Positions 22,171 to 34,553 of a stretch of DNA of 64,000 nucleotides are shown here, piece by piece; within the stretch, counting starts at the first letter, position 1, and every line of letters starts with the position of its first letter. The notes beneath the pieces are model-generated. The model searched no databases and had not been told where the DNA came from. It saw only the letters and a list, made by a program, of their open reading frames with translations. The translations under genes were made by a program, and so were the position numbers. Origin of the DNA: Podarcis muralis (taxonomy: Eukaryota); assembly GCF_964188315.1 (NCBI RefSeq), contig NC_135662.1, positions 24,242,001 through 24,306,000 of the forward strand, given 5' to 3'.

Positions 22171-24374
22171 CTAAAAAAAAAAAAGTTGTTTATGGTCAAA
22201 CGATACTATGTTAAGGCACAGCATGGTCAATGGAAAGGAAAATGCTTCGGTGTTATCACATGACCCCTTACACCAATGCAAGATAATTCTGCAGGGATGG
22301 AGATCAGTGCTGATATTTAGGAAGGGTGTCCATGGGGACAGGACTTACATTCAGAAACTTGTCTTTTATTTAAAAAAACAACCCGAGCAGCAACAATACA
22401 TGCACTAGCTTAAGTGCCATTGAAATCAATGGGGCAAGTTAGTCCCATCAAATTGAAGCAGATTCTGTTGAAACATGATTTGTCTTTGACTGATGCCCAA
22501 ATGTAGTGGCTGCCATGTTCCTTATTGCAGGTGATGGCTCAGTTGGCTATATCTGACTAGTCATGTTTAAAATCTCTATTTATTCATTGCCCAGTATCAC
22601 TTCATTCAGATTCCAGAATCTCAACCAAAGGATTTCAGTATAACTGAACTAAAAATAAAATATTTTAAACATCTTAAAACAATTCTATAACCTCACAGCT
22701 AATAATTTCAAGGTTGCCATGAACATTATCTGTCAGACACCAAACATCTGGGTAAACAGGCATGTTTGAAAATTCCCTGTGAATATTAATAATGAGGGAC
22801 ATAGGCGCACCCCACCAGTGAGGGTATTCCACTGTTGCAGGTCAACACCAACCAGAGAGAAGCTCTTCCATTTGTGGAAGGCTAAAATTTTGTCCATTCC
22901 TATGGCATCAATCTGGGGCTTGAGTAACCCAGAAACACCACGGATAGCATACTTTTTTTTTTTTTTAAGGAACAATTATTACTTGTCCAGATTGCTCTGC
23001 GTTTGAAAAATCCTCTTAGGCACATCTGACTTATCAATAATGTTGGTGTTTTGTTTTTTTAAATAGATATCAAGTAGTTCCTTGTATTTAATTAATTTAA
23101 TTGTGGATTGCATAGCATATTCTTGAACAGAAGTAGATCCATGGTCATTCTTTAAATCAGCGATGGCTAACCTGTGACCCTCTTAAGAGTTTGCTGGACT
23201 ATAACTCCCATCCCTGAATTTCCTGCAAGGCAGGGGGTTGGACTAGATTACCATTGGGGTCCCTTGCAGCTCTACAATTCTACTGGCCATGCTGGCTGGG
23301 GCTAGTGGGAGCTGGAGTCCACATCTGGAGGACCATCTATTAGCTACCTCACTTTAAAGGATATCCTTGTTACTGAAGAAGTCTTCAGATATCAGAAAAG
23401 ATTGCTGCACTTGTCAGTTCTTATATTTCTGTGGAAGCCCCTGGGAACGGTGAGTACATCCAGCAACAACTTGCATGTCTACTACATTTTGTCACTGCTT
23501 CTGTTCCAGGGGGGAGGGCAATGTAAGTCCTCTCCATTTTGAATTCCTGCACCAATATCCCCTTAAACAGCCTTTCATCAGCCAGGAGGAAAAATATCAT
23601 TCCAAATTCTTGCTTTATTTTCATGAATGAACTATCCATGCTGGACTCTGTTCTTTAAAAGGTGGGATATCAACAATGAAACATTCCAGACCAAACTTCA
23701 TGCTGAGCACAACTCTTATTGGCTGCTCTGGGGCTGCACTGACTCATAGGGCTCATTTCTGGCAGAATCTTGGCATGTTTGTCAATGGGGAAAGCAGCAG
23801 CATGTGCCATTTTTGATGAATGACTTCACTGTATGTCTTTGGAAGTAAATCTAGGCCTGGATCATAAATGTCTCCTCTGCCTCAGAAGATAACTCACCAC
23901 AGGCCAATTCCTAGCAATGTATCAAATGTTTCGAGTCCCACAACTTGTGCAGCTCATCAATCTCAGGTTAGGTTACCGGGCTGAAAGCCAGAACAACAGG
24001 CATATACCTTTAAATCTGCTAATGAAGCAGGAGACAAGTCCAGATGTGGCTTCTTCCCAGCCTCCTCAGCTCATCTCTCTTCCCCAACTTGCTGTAAGTT
24101 ACCAGAACTCCAGGCACGCCAGGAATGGGATGTATAGCAGGGCTGAGGAAGGGGGGGGGAGTAGAACCTGTGGCTTGTCTCCTGTCATGTTGTAATGCTA
24201 AACTATAGCTTAGTACTACAGAAGCAAGCAATGATGAGATTTGGCCTCATGTGCTCCCCCCATCCCCTTCCCTTCTCTCACACAGCGAAGAGGAGATCAG
24301 TTTTTTCAACTGCCTTTAAATTAACTCAAGTTCCCCTTTACAACTGACAACTAGGAGCTTTGGTTAATTTAAGC

Positions 24375-24510
24375 CAGGCATAGGCAAACTCAGCCCTCCA
24401 GATGTTTTGGGACTACAACTCCCATGATCCCTAGCTAACAGGACCAGTGGTCAGGGATGATGGGAGTTGTAGTCCCAAAACATCTGGAGGGCTGAGTTTG
24501 ACTATGCCTG
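24375..24510. mobile_element. Palindromic hAT MITE
   Basis: Whole element is a hairpin; 8-bp TSD atttaagc/gtttaagc. Confidence 0.8.
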
Positions 24511-24657
24511 GTTTAAGCTATGGACAAACCATAGTTTGAATGAACCAGATTACTCCAAGTTTGCCGGCAATGAGGAATTGTGATTTAGTGCTATGTGCCA
24601 CTGAAAAATTGAAAGGCATATGCATATACACTGGCTTTCAATCTGGAAACTCTAGTC

Positions 24658-24793
24658 CAGGCATACCCAACCTTCGGCCCTCCAGATGTTTTGGACCACA
24701 ATTCCCTTCATCCCTGACCAATGGTCCTGTTAGCTAGGGATTATGGGAGTTGTAGGCCAAAAAATCTGGAGGGCCGCAGGTTGGGGATACCTG
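24658..24793. mobile_element. Palindromic hAT MITE
   Basis: Perfect 8-bp TSD ctctagtc. Confidence 0.85.
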
Positions 24794-25476
24794 CTCTAGT
24801 CTCAAGAACTCTGGCGTACAAAAATAATAATATCCATGGGTGCTTCCACATTTTCATTGCTTAAAGAAGCTTTTCTCAACCTTGGGTCCCTAGATGTTGT
24901 TGGACTACAACTCCCATCATCCCTAGTTAGCAGGACCAGTGGTCAGAGATAACCCTAAGACTTGGGGTGGAAGGATTCATCCATTTCAGTTCTCTCTCTT
25001 TCATTTTTCCTAATTATAAATTGTTATGAAAGTTCTTCTGCATACTGGTCACATTTCTCCTAGTAATTTTTTTTACAGGTGCGCATTTTTGCAAGCAATT
25101 TCCCCATATTTTTAATGTTATTTTTACCAATAACACTTTAATGCACACATGCAATTTTGTAAACTTTTGTTTGGTTGAAACACTGCATCACAAAATTCAG
25201 ATAAGTGCAAATTTTGAATGATCCCTGTGTTTCAGTTCTCATATTGTTTTGGAAAATGTGAATTTGGTAGATTGGCCTTTAAACTGTGAACTGAATCAAA
25301 GCTCTCCCCAGCCCCTATCTCAGACACTCTGCAGGATCCCCTCTTTGGTGCAAGCACACAATAAACTGTATATACAGGTAACAACCATTTTAGGTGCATT
25401 TAGGGCTCACAAATGCTCTGCCGGTGTGCACAGGGCTCAGGAATGCAACTCCCGGGCAAAGTGGTCATTGCCTATA

Positions 25477-25734
25477 CAGTGTTACCTCGGGTTACATATG
25501 CTTCAGGTTACATACGCTTCAGGTTACATACGCTGCAGGTTACAGACTCCACTAACCCAGAAATAGTGCTTCAGGTTAAGAACTTTGCTTCAGGATAAGA
25601 ACAGAAATCGTGCTCTGGTGGGGCGGTGGCAGCGGGAGGCCCCATTAGCTAAAGTGGTGCTTCAGGTTAAGAACAGTTTCAGGTTAAGAACGGACCTCCG
25701 GAATGAATTAAGTACTTAACCCGAGGTATCACTG
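25477..25734. mobile_element. Tigger-type MITE, family B (258 bp)
   Basis: TA TSDs; CAGTGTTACCTCGG / CCGAGGTATCACTG; internal CTTCAGGTTA repeats. Confidence 0.85.
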
Positions 25735-25761
25735 TATAGTTATGGTACAAATACACATGGG

Positions 25762-26094
25762 CAGGGGTCTGCAACCTTTAAGACAAAAAGAGCCACTTGG
25801 ACCCGTTTCCGAAGAAAAAACAAAACTGGGAGCCGCAAAACCATTGCAACATTTAAAACAAATATATCTCCGGAGCCGCGATCTGACAGCGGACGGGAAG
25901 GTGACGTCGGGACGGCGCGTGACTAACGCACACACCGCCCCCATGCGACGTCACAGCCAGTACAGCGCCCGCCACAGTGGGGAGTGTCGAGGCGCACAAT
26001 GCACCTCCTCCCCTCGCTAGTATCCGCCCCAGAGCCGCGGCAAAGGTGTAAAAGAGCCACATGCGGCTCCGGAGCTGCGGGTTGCAGACCCCTG
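25762..26094. mobile_element. CpG-rich non-autonomous hAT element (333 bp)
   Basis: Perfect 15-bp TIR CAGGGGTCTGCAACC; perfect 8-bp TSD cacatggg. Confidence 0.9.
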
Positions 26095-26158
26095 CACATG
26101 GGTAACTAGCACCTTCGCAGACTTCCTGCTTACAATTGTAAGTATACTCCCATCATAC

Positions 26159-26572
26159 CCTTTTGCTTTGCTTTAGCAGCCCATTCAGAAACTTCATCTT
26201 GGGCCCGTCCATCTGTAAACACAATAGACACTCGGGGAACTTTTGCTGACAAGCGTCTGGCGCCTTCTGCTTCTGTGAAGCTTCTCTCAACCATCTGCTT
26301 CAGGGCAAGTCCAGTCATGGAGCCCTTCCCCATATATTTAATTTGAGACACTGCTTTCTTCATGTCTTTGGCGGTGCTGAATTGTTTCAGTGTGAATTCG
26401 GTGCGAACCTGAGTAGAATATTGTATCAAACCAACTTGTGAAGCTTTGGGAGAGATGGTGAGAGTGTCCAAGATTCCCAAAACAAACTCTTTGACAATTT
26501 CAAAATTATTCTCTCCCAGACTTTTTGATCCATCTATCACAAACACAAGATCAACTGGGCCTTCAGTGCATC
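26159..26572 (-). CDS. MATN2: MATN2 vWA2, first exon ([17 protein letters not shown]...AKQK)
   Basis: 414 nt; MIDAS DGSKS, GSMTG and TDG motifs. Confidence 0.97.
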
Positions 26573-27805
26573 CTTTGGAAATAAAATGGGAAAGGAAGAA
26601 TTAATAAATAAAATAAAATCCAGGCGTTGTTGTTTTTTTGGAAACACAATGAATGAACATAAAACAGCAACATAAAAACAGCAGCACAGTGAAATAAACT
26701 CAGTGTATCACCTAAGGGTGAATAAAGACCTATTATTCCATTCTGAAAATCCCATACTGACAGCAAATAAATTAAAAGCTTTCCGTCATATTTCAGACAT
26801 AACTGAGAATGTTGTAAGAAACAAGGCTATTTGCAATTGAACACAGACAGGTTAAAATACAGGCAGCACAGTGTTCATGTGGGCACACTACTAGGATTTA
26901 TTTTTTGTAACCAATAAAGTTGGTTGCCATCTCCTCCAGAATTTGACATACATACATTCTGTCTAGACTAAAGAAGTGGATGGTAAAAGCAACTATCCAA
27001 ATCTGGTGCCTGAAATGTGCACATATATACTCCAGTTCACACGACACACATTGTGTTCCATATGAGCACAGACTATCCTGCCGTCCTTAATGTTAGGGAA
27101 CCCTCAATTTGTAATTGTGACTGATGGACTTGAGTCATATCTCTGGAGATCCTTCAGCCAAACAGGGCTGGGCGAAGTGTCAGCCAATCAAGATAGAACC
27201 TGTCAGTTTTCAAAGTCAGACAATACTTGACTAAGAGATTAGCTGGATGGTTAGGGATTTGCCAGGCAAGGTAAACCAGACTGGTTCCCTCAGCTCCTGT
27301 AGTATGAGAAGATTTCTGTTCCAAAAGCAGAAGAAAAAGAATCTTGTCCCACAAGTGGGTTAGGCAGAATGGTCCATAATAATCTAGTGAGGTTCAAGCT
27401 GAGTTGGGATTTGAACCAGGGTGTCTTCAGTCCTAACCCAATAGCCTATCCACTTTGCAACCCTACCAGCCTAACAAGGCACAACCCTGAATATGCAGGG
27501 TCACCTTTGTGCAGCATTAAGAGGACTGTCACTTTTTATACTGCAAAATATCCGAGTTGGAACAGTCCCATTCCCAGTGCTGCAAAAGAATTGTAGATGT
27601 TTATTGATTCCAAAGGAAGGCCACTTATTGTTTCCTCTTGTTGGCTCCTACTGTTAGTTCCTAGAATACTCTGTATTTTCTTAAACACATTTTCCAGCTT
27701 TCATGACCTCAGATTTTATAGCACTTTTACAGTGCTGGATTCTTTCCTTTAAGAATCAAAGGACATCTGAAGAACGAAACAAAGACTAAAGATCTGGTGA
27801 CTTAC

Positions 27806-27928
27806 TTCTGCATGTCTTCCCATTCTCTTCCAGTACGAATCCCTCATGGCATTTGCAGGAGTATGAATTGTTATTATTCATGCAAACATGTTCACAGCCA
27901 TGGTCGATGGTCTTGCAAAAGTCTTTGC
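27806..27928 (-). CDS. MATN2: MATN2 EGF exon 11 ([40 protein letters not shown])
   Basis: 123 nt, six Cys, phase 1-1, AG/GT. Confidence 0.93.
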
Positions 27929-28324
27929 CTGAAAACAAATTAGAATACTTAGTTGTTTATCAAAATATTATTGGTAAGTACAAAGATTGTAGAATAGTCA
28001 GGTCAGGTGCTTCACATATTTTAATCTTCGCAGCCTAGGGCCTCAAAGAAACAGGGAGATGAGCCTGGCTGGCTGGACTCATCTTCCTAACCTGATGCTT
28101 CTCTCATCTTCCTAACTCTATTTGACCTCCCAACCAGCATGTACCAAAGAGGCAGACTGAAAACATTCTTCCTGGTTTTAACTGCACTGTTTAAAGTGAA
28201 TTGTTAATGTCTGAACCATGATTGCATCATTTAAACTATGCTTTACTGGAACAAGCCAGAATCAGAAACCATACTTTAATATTGGCTTGTTTTAATACAC
28301 CATAGCTTAAACTAAAGACAGTTT

Positions 28325-28625
28325 GACCTCATCAGACATCACAGGGTCTTCTCTGTGGTGGGTATCCCTTTTGTGGAATGCCCTCCCTCGTTATTAACAT
28401 TCAAGGGGAAATTAAAAACATTTCTGTTCACCTAGCCATTTGAAACTGAAATCCTGGCAATCTTGAAATTATTGGTCGTGAAGGCATGTTTTTAAATGTT
28501 TTTAGGTGTTCTTAATGCTTTTAAATGTTTTTTTTTTATTTAAATGTATTGTTTTAACTGCTTGATGGTTTGCGCTCTGGGCTCATTTGGGAAGAAGAGC
28601 AGGACAGAAAAAAATAAAAAATAAA
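28325..28625 (+). mobile_element. Old L2 3' fragment
   Basis: RVFSVVG..LWNALP..KLKTFLF remnant followed by a 3' UTR and A-rich tail. Confidence 0.55.
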
Positions 28626-28648
28626 AATGTCAAACTATGGTTAGTATA

Positions 28649-28989
28649 AAGGTAAAGGTCCATTAGGTCCAGTTGTGGCCGACTCTGGGGTTGCGGTGCT
28701 CATCTCGCTTTATTGGCCGAGGGAGCCGGTGTACAGCTTCCGGGTCATGTGGCCAGCATGACTAAGCCGCTTTTGGCGAACCAGAGCAGCGTAAGAAAAC
28801 GCCGTTTACCTTCCCGCCGGAGCAGTACCTATTTATCTACTTGCATTTTGATATGCTTTTGAACTGCTAGGTTGGCAGGAGCAGGGACCAAACAACAGGA
28901 GCTCACCCTGTCGCGGGGATTCGAACCGCTGACCTTCTGATCGGCAAGTCCTAGGCTCTGTGGTTTAACCCACAGTGCCACCCACGTCG
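28649..28989 (-). mobile_element. Sauria SINE
   Basis: Full length; 14-bp TSD ctatggttagtata. Confidence 0.92.
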
Positions 28990-29151
28990 CTATGGTTAGT
29001 ATAGCCCAGAAGCAAATGCCTCCAATCTCTTCTTGTGTGTGCTGGAGTAGCAGCAGGGTTGCATGTGAACTGGGCCCGTGTTTCTACAAGTAAAACAACA
29101 ACTTTAAAAAACAGCAATTCATTTGATAGGAGGAATAATCAAATTACTTAC

Positions 29152-29274
29152 TTCCACACATTTTCCCATCTTGCTTTAGTAGAAATCCCTCATGGCACTT
29201 GCAGGTATACGAATCCCCATTACTAACACAGACATGCTCGCATCCATGGTCAACAGATTTGCAGACATCTTGAT
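29152..29274 (-). CDS. MATN2: MATN2 EGF exon 10 ([40 protein letters not shown])
   Basis: 123 nt, six Cys, AG/GT. Confidence 0.9.
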
Positions 29275-29358
29275 CTGAGTATAGTTAAGAGTTTGCTGAT
29301 TAAAACAGATGGAACAGATTTACAATAACTATCATTTGATCAAGACTGAGGTGCTTAC

Positions 29359-29481
29359 TTCTGCATGTCTTCCCATCATCTCTTAATACAAATCCATCGT
29401 GGCACTTGCAGGCATAGGAGTATCCACTGTTGACACACAGGTGCTCACAACCATGATCAACCGATTTACAGAGGTCTTTAC
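29359..29481 (-). CDS. MATN2: MATN2 EGF exon 9 ([40 protein letters not shown])
   Basis: 123 nt, six Cys, TAG/GT; only 84 nt of intron to the next exon. Confidence 0.9.
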
Positions 29482-30384
29482 CTAATGATAATTTTCATAA
29501 TTAATAAGTTTTCCAGATGAAATAAATGCAAAGGTAGAATGACCAATATTTCAAAGATGAAATAAAACTCAGATCATGTCCTGCTTCCGCACAATTGTCA
29601 AAATGAATTCACATGACAATTATAAGCCCACTTTTCACTGTGTAATTGGTTCAGATTTTCACATCCTCCTTTAGTCTGCATGCTTCCTAGTATTACAGAT
29701 ATAAGTGATGCTGTATTTATTAGCACAAACACAGCCACAGCCAATTGATTTGAGGACATATTTCTCAATGGAGACTTTAGATTAGAAACAGTGAACTGGT
29801 AGACCATCATCTAGCAGAATCCTGCCTACAAGCTTCCAAGTGAGCTCTCCACGACCTCCCCAGCTCTATTAGGGGGCTGCAAGCCTGCTTCAGAAGTAGC
29901 ATGCAACTAGCCATGTGCTAGTCAGAGGTGCTCTTTGAGACACAATCTCAAATTTGCTGAGGACTTCATTGCATGTCACAAGAAATTTGGGGAAATAATA
30001 TGTGCAAGTGTACTCACATTTCCACTTTCTGCAGCCTCTTATAAAATACAAAAAGGAAACCCATGCATTTCCCCTGTGGAAAGATGTGCAAGCTCCAGCA
30101 AGACAGCAGAAGCATGAGACCACTCTCATCACGCCTAAGGAGGCCTAGAGATCAGGGCTATTTGCCCTTGGATGCCCATGGATTCAACATGAGATAGCAG
30201 CAGGAACTATCTCTACAGCCCTCACTGGTCCTCCACCTGCCACACCCAGTTAGTTCAGTAGACAAAGATGAGCTCTAGCATAGCACACACCTGAGCTGCA
30301 GGGAGGGAAGCGCTGAAACAGCACTCCCAGCCTCTGAAAGCAGAGCCTTCAGAATGAATAGCCCATTAAGGAGTGCTTGCTTAC

Positions 30385-30507
30385 TTCTGCAGGTCTTCCT
30401 ATCTTCGCTCAGTATGAATTCCTCGTGGCACTTGCAGGCATAGGAAATGCCATCACTCACACAAAGGTGCTCACATCCATGGTCGACAGATCTACAGACA
30501 TCTCTAC
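30385..30507 (-). CDS. MATN2: MATN2 EGF exon 8 ([40 protein letters not shown])
   Basis: 123 nt, six Cys, AG/GT. Confidence 0.92.
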
Positions 30508-30795
30508 CTGAAAACAGACAATTCGTTTCTTTTGTAACACCACATGATCGCCCCATGAGTCAACATGAAGACTATAAAACCTTTGGCTCTGCTTCCCCAA
30601 GCTCCCTCTCATAATCACTCATTTTAACTTTGGTTAGAGCTCAACAATCATCATAATACACAATACTGCTTAAATCTACTAGTGTCTGAAAACAACCCCC
30701 CCCCCACGGGTAATTCTGTAACTATGTTATTCACAGTAATAACAACTGGCAATTTTTATTTATCTGTTAACATATATATTAACTATATATATATA

Positions 30796-31205
30796 GTTGT
30801 TGTTGTTGTTTAGTCGTGTCCGACTCTTTGTGACCCCATGGACCAGAGAACGCCAGGCACTCCTGTCTTCCACTGCCTCCCGCAGTTTGGTCAAACTTAT
30901 GCTGGTAGCTCTGAGAACACTGTCCAAACATCTCGTCCTCTGTCGTCCCCTTCTCCTTGTGCCCTCCATCTTTCCCAACATCAGGGTCTTTTCCAGGGAG
31001 TCCTCTCTTCTCATGAGGTGGTCAAAGTATTGGAGCCTCAGCTTCACGATCTGTCCTTCCAGTGAGCACTCAGGGCTGATTTCCTTAAGAATGGATAGGT
31101 TTGATCTTCTTGCAGTCCATGGGACTCTCAAGAGTCTCCTCCGGCACCATAATTCAAAAGCATCAATTCTTTGGCGATCAGCCTTCTTTATGGTCCAGCT
31201 CTCAC

Positions 31206-31207
<2 letters not shown>
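30796..31207 (-). mobile_element. BovB (RTE) LINE, 5'-truncated 3' end
   Basis: ORF C-terminus SWTIKKADRQRIDAFELWC..RWL-like..VHGVTKSRTRL; (CAA)n tail. Confidence 0.9.

Positions 31208-31250
<43 letters not shown>
31208..31250. repeat. (CA)n microsatellite
   Basis: Direct reading; abuts the BovB 5' truncation point. Confidence 0.95.
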
Positions 31251-31255
<5 letters not shown>

Positions 31256-31294
31256 GAGAAAATAAGTGAACTAGGTTGGGGAAAACAAACTTAC

Positions 31295-31417
31295 GTTTGC
31301 AAGTTCTCCCATCCCCACGCAGCACATATCCTTCAAAGCACTGGCAGGCGTAAGATCTTTCACTATTTACACACAAATGTTCACAGTTGTGGTCATTCAG
31401 CAAACAATAGTCCACTC
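31295..31417 (-). CDS. MATN2: MATN2 EGF exon 7 ([40 protein letters not shown])
   Basis: 123 nt, six Cys, AG/GT. Confidence 0.94.
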
Positions 31418-32854
31418 CTGGGAATAAAATTTGCAATTATTATTATGTATTTGCGAAGAAGAGTCCCGACACCCAGGGAACTTGAAAACAGACAAAGGAA
31501 ACAACAAAGGAAGTGGAGGGAAATGAAGTCAGGGCAAACAGGATGATAACCGAGGAAGTTTCTAAAGAGTTGATAGATTTAGTCTCCTGTGCACAGAATT
31601 AAAGTAAACACCCCTTGCCCAATCTTTTTTTTTGGGTGGGGTGTGTGCCGGGGGGTGGGGGTGAAAGGACATAGGCACTTTCACTTAGTGCCACACCACC
31701 AAGAGCAGACCAATGGACCCTATGACTCTAGTTTGTGTACTCCAATGTGTATCTGGAGTTCCTGTGCATTTAAAGCGGGGAGAATTGACAATGTGGAGTC
31801 ATCCAGAGGATACTGGACCACAGCTCCCTTCAGCCAGCATGGCCATTCTTCAGGAAGTTGCAGTCCAACAATATCTGGTGGGCACTACATTGGCTCCCTG
31901 TGATTGAAAGTACCCCTTGGTAATTAGACCAATCAATCGTTTTATTTGTATGGCACTTTCCCAAAGTTAAAGCCACGCTGAAGGTGGCTTACAACCTGTT
32001 TTTAAAAAAAGATACATAACTAAAAACATAACAGAAATTTGTTGGCATCTGTCTCTCTTGGGAGACAATGGTGGGTCACAAAAAGGCTAATTTGCCCCCG
32101 ATGCTGAATAATTCTTTGCTTGCACAAGGGGTTATAGCCACTTATTTCTCAAGTGCTTTGTATTAGAACTAGAATGAGTGTGTCGGGCTCTTTCCTCTGC
32201 TGTTGATTTAAGCAATTGTTAAACTTCAGGTCAATTGAGTAATATAACCCATGAGATTTCCTAGCAGCACAAAAGAAGTATTGCCTGTTTCTAAATAATA
32301 AGCAAGGCAAATTGGGAAGTAAGAAGCTCCAGAAGGAAAAGCCATAAAATGAGAACTTTACACACAGGAGTTGAGTAGCGAATATAAAATTTTAGAGCTT
32401 TTGATGGAAATCCCAAGTGCTGCCCGGAGGAAAATAAAACTCTATAAAGGATAAACATTTCTCCTGTTACCCAGGAAAGAACTCTTTCCATTGGTAGGTT
32501 GATAAAACTATTTCAAAAAGCCTGTTTGCTTTTTTGGCTACTCTGGATTCAAACAGACACCCAGGGCTGGGTTAGAATAGCTAGTACTAAAGTGTTATTC
32601 CCCTTAATTTTCAGTTTTTCCTTTCAAGCCACAGCATCCAAGTTTCTGTTTTAACTACTCAACCACAGGGTGTTGTCATATGATTACATACATACCAGGT
32701 AGTTATCTTAAAACTACATATTTCTGCTAACCCTCATCAAGTACCAGTAGTACCATAATCATGAATGGCTGCTTAACACTGTTGTTGTGCCGATGGTCAC
32801 ATTCCTTGATTTTACTTTTATGTAGGAAAAAGACTGGCTGAAATTAAACTGTTT

Positions 32855-33160
32855 TACTCAGAGAGAGTAGACCCATCGAAGCTAATGAACATAACTAAGG
32901 ATTTAGCCACACTTCCTGTTGTCTTGCTGCTTTCCTACCTGGGGAAAACTGCTCTTTGGTGCTCAATCAGAGCAAATAGCAAATGGGTTTTCCATGTCTT
33001 GCTGTTTGTTCTGATTTAGAGCTAAAGAGCAGGTTTTCCCTGGGAATGGAGTGGGCCAAGGGGAAAACCACTCAGCCCCGTGCTTTCTAGGCACAGCTCA
33101 AGCGGAAGTGTGGGCAAGCCCTTAGTTAGGTCCATCAATTTCAATGGTCTACTCTAAGTA
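32855..33160. repeat. Nested inverted-repeat cassette (probable MITE within MITE)
   Basis: Outer arms about 32855-32900 / 33120-33160; middle ccacacttcc/ggaagtgtgg; inner arms of about 41 bp at 32942-32982 / 32999-33040. Confidence 0.6.
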
Positions 33161-33974
33161 AAACATAGTTGAATACCACCCAAAGATCCTCAAAATTAAC
33201 TGAGTGGGGAAAGGGAAGTTATTATCACTCATTACTAGTGATATGGGGAATTGTTAAGGAATGGGCCCTCCCCCCTTTTAAAATTTAGGCTGTGTACACA
33301 CCAAAGTGTTAATGCACATATAAGTTGTGCATATTTGTTTTTTCCTTGTGCAAGTTCATCCACACATGAGCACTTTCAACTGAATTCCGTCTCATTTCCC
33401 CCTATCCACACAGGTAGGGTTTGCTTGATGGGGTATATTTACACTGTGTGCTGTTTCCCCTTCCCCTCAATTAGTACTAACCCACCCACCCTGAGTTCCA
33501 CAAACCTGGGATCCATTGTGGGCATACAGGCAGGTGTTGTTTACCTTTGCATGCATGCTTTTGGTTTTTTTTAAAGATACAAGTCTTCCAATACATCGGA
33601 CTCGGATAAAACAGTGGGTTATAACAAAAACAAAAAGGTGTATTATGCCTGGCCCCACTAGAAGCCCACTGAGGAATGCCTAACTAACAGATGTAAAGGG
33701 TGGTGTGATATGGCACACATGAAAATAACAGGGAATGTCACTATCAATTTTAAAGGGCTAGCTTGGACTATGGGACTATGAAGCTTTGTTTCTGTTTATT
33801 GGCTCAAGATTCCAATCTGTCTGCTTTAATTATGCATTCCCAAAAAACCTGAGTGCATGCTATAATCGCGAGTTCTCCTCAAAATTGCCTTTCAGAACAA
33901 AATAAAAAAAATCAGCACTTTAACCCACCTTGTTTTTCTCTAATTATATGCAATAACCAAATCAAGTGACTTAC

Positions 33975-34097
33975 GTGAACAGGTCTTTAGATCCTCATTA
34001 ATGATGAAACCTTCAGAACACTGGCAAATGTAAGAGTCCTTGGTGTTCAGGCACAGATGCTCACAGCCATGGTTGGACTCTGCACAGTGGTCTTTTC
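33975..34097 (-). CDS. MATN2: MATN2 EGF exon 6 ([40 protein letters not shown])
   Basis: 123 nt; close to human EGF6. Confidence 0.95.
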
Positions 34098-34330
34098 CTG
34101 GATTGTTATGTATCAGCAATGGCAAAGAATGCATTGGAATGTTAAAGCATTTTTAAAGTGAAAAATATGCAAGTAACAACCATCAGCAAAGCCCACCATT
34201 GTAAACTGTGACTTTGTTAAAACTTTGCACAGAATGGACAGACTGTATTTCATTGTCACAGACTGCATTTCATTGTCACGTGATCCCATTGTTTTACACC
34301 TGCACCCATATATATATATATACATACATA

Positions 34331-34553
34331 CAGTCGTACCTTGGAAGTCAAGTGGAATCCGTTCCAGAAGTCTATTTGACTTCAAAATGTTCAGAAACCA
34401 AAGCGCGGGCTTCTGATTGGCTGCAGGAAGGTCCTGCCGCATCGGACGTTCGACTTCCAAAAAAACATTCAAAAACTGGAACACTCACATTTTTGATCGT
34501 TCAGGAGCCTAAATGTTTGGCAACTAAACCGTTCGAGATCCGAGGTACAACTG
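34331..34553. mobile_element. Tigger-derived MITE, family A (223 bp)
   Basis: TA TSDs; CAGTCGTACCTTGG / CCGAGGTACAACTG; shared core GATTGGCTGCAGGA. Confidence 0.85.

Noticed and set aside
30797-31546. 249-aa plus-strand ORF
   Set aside because: Antisense reading of BovB plus the (CA)n repeat and an EGF exon
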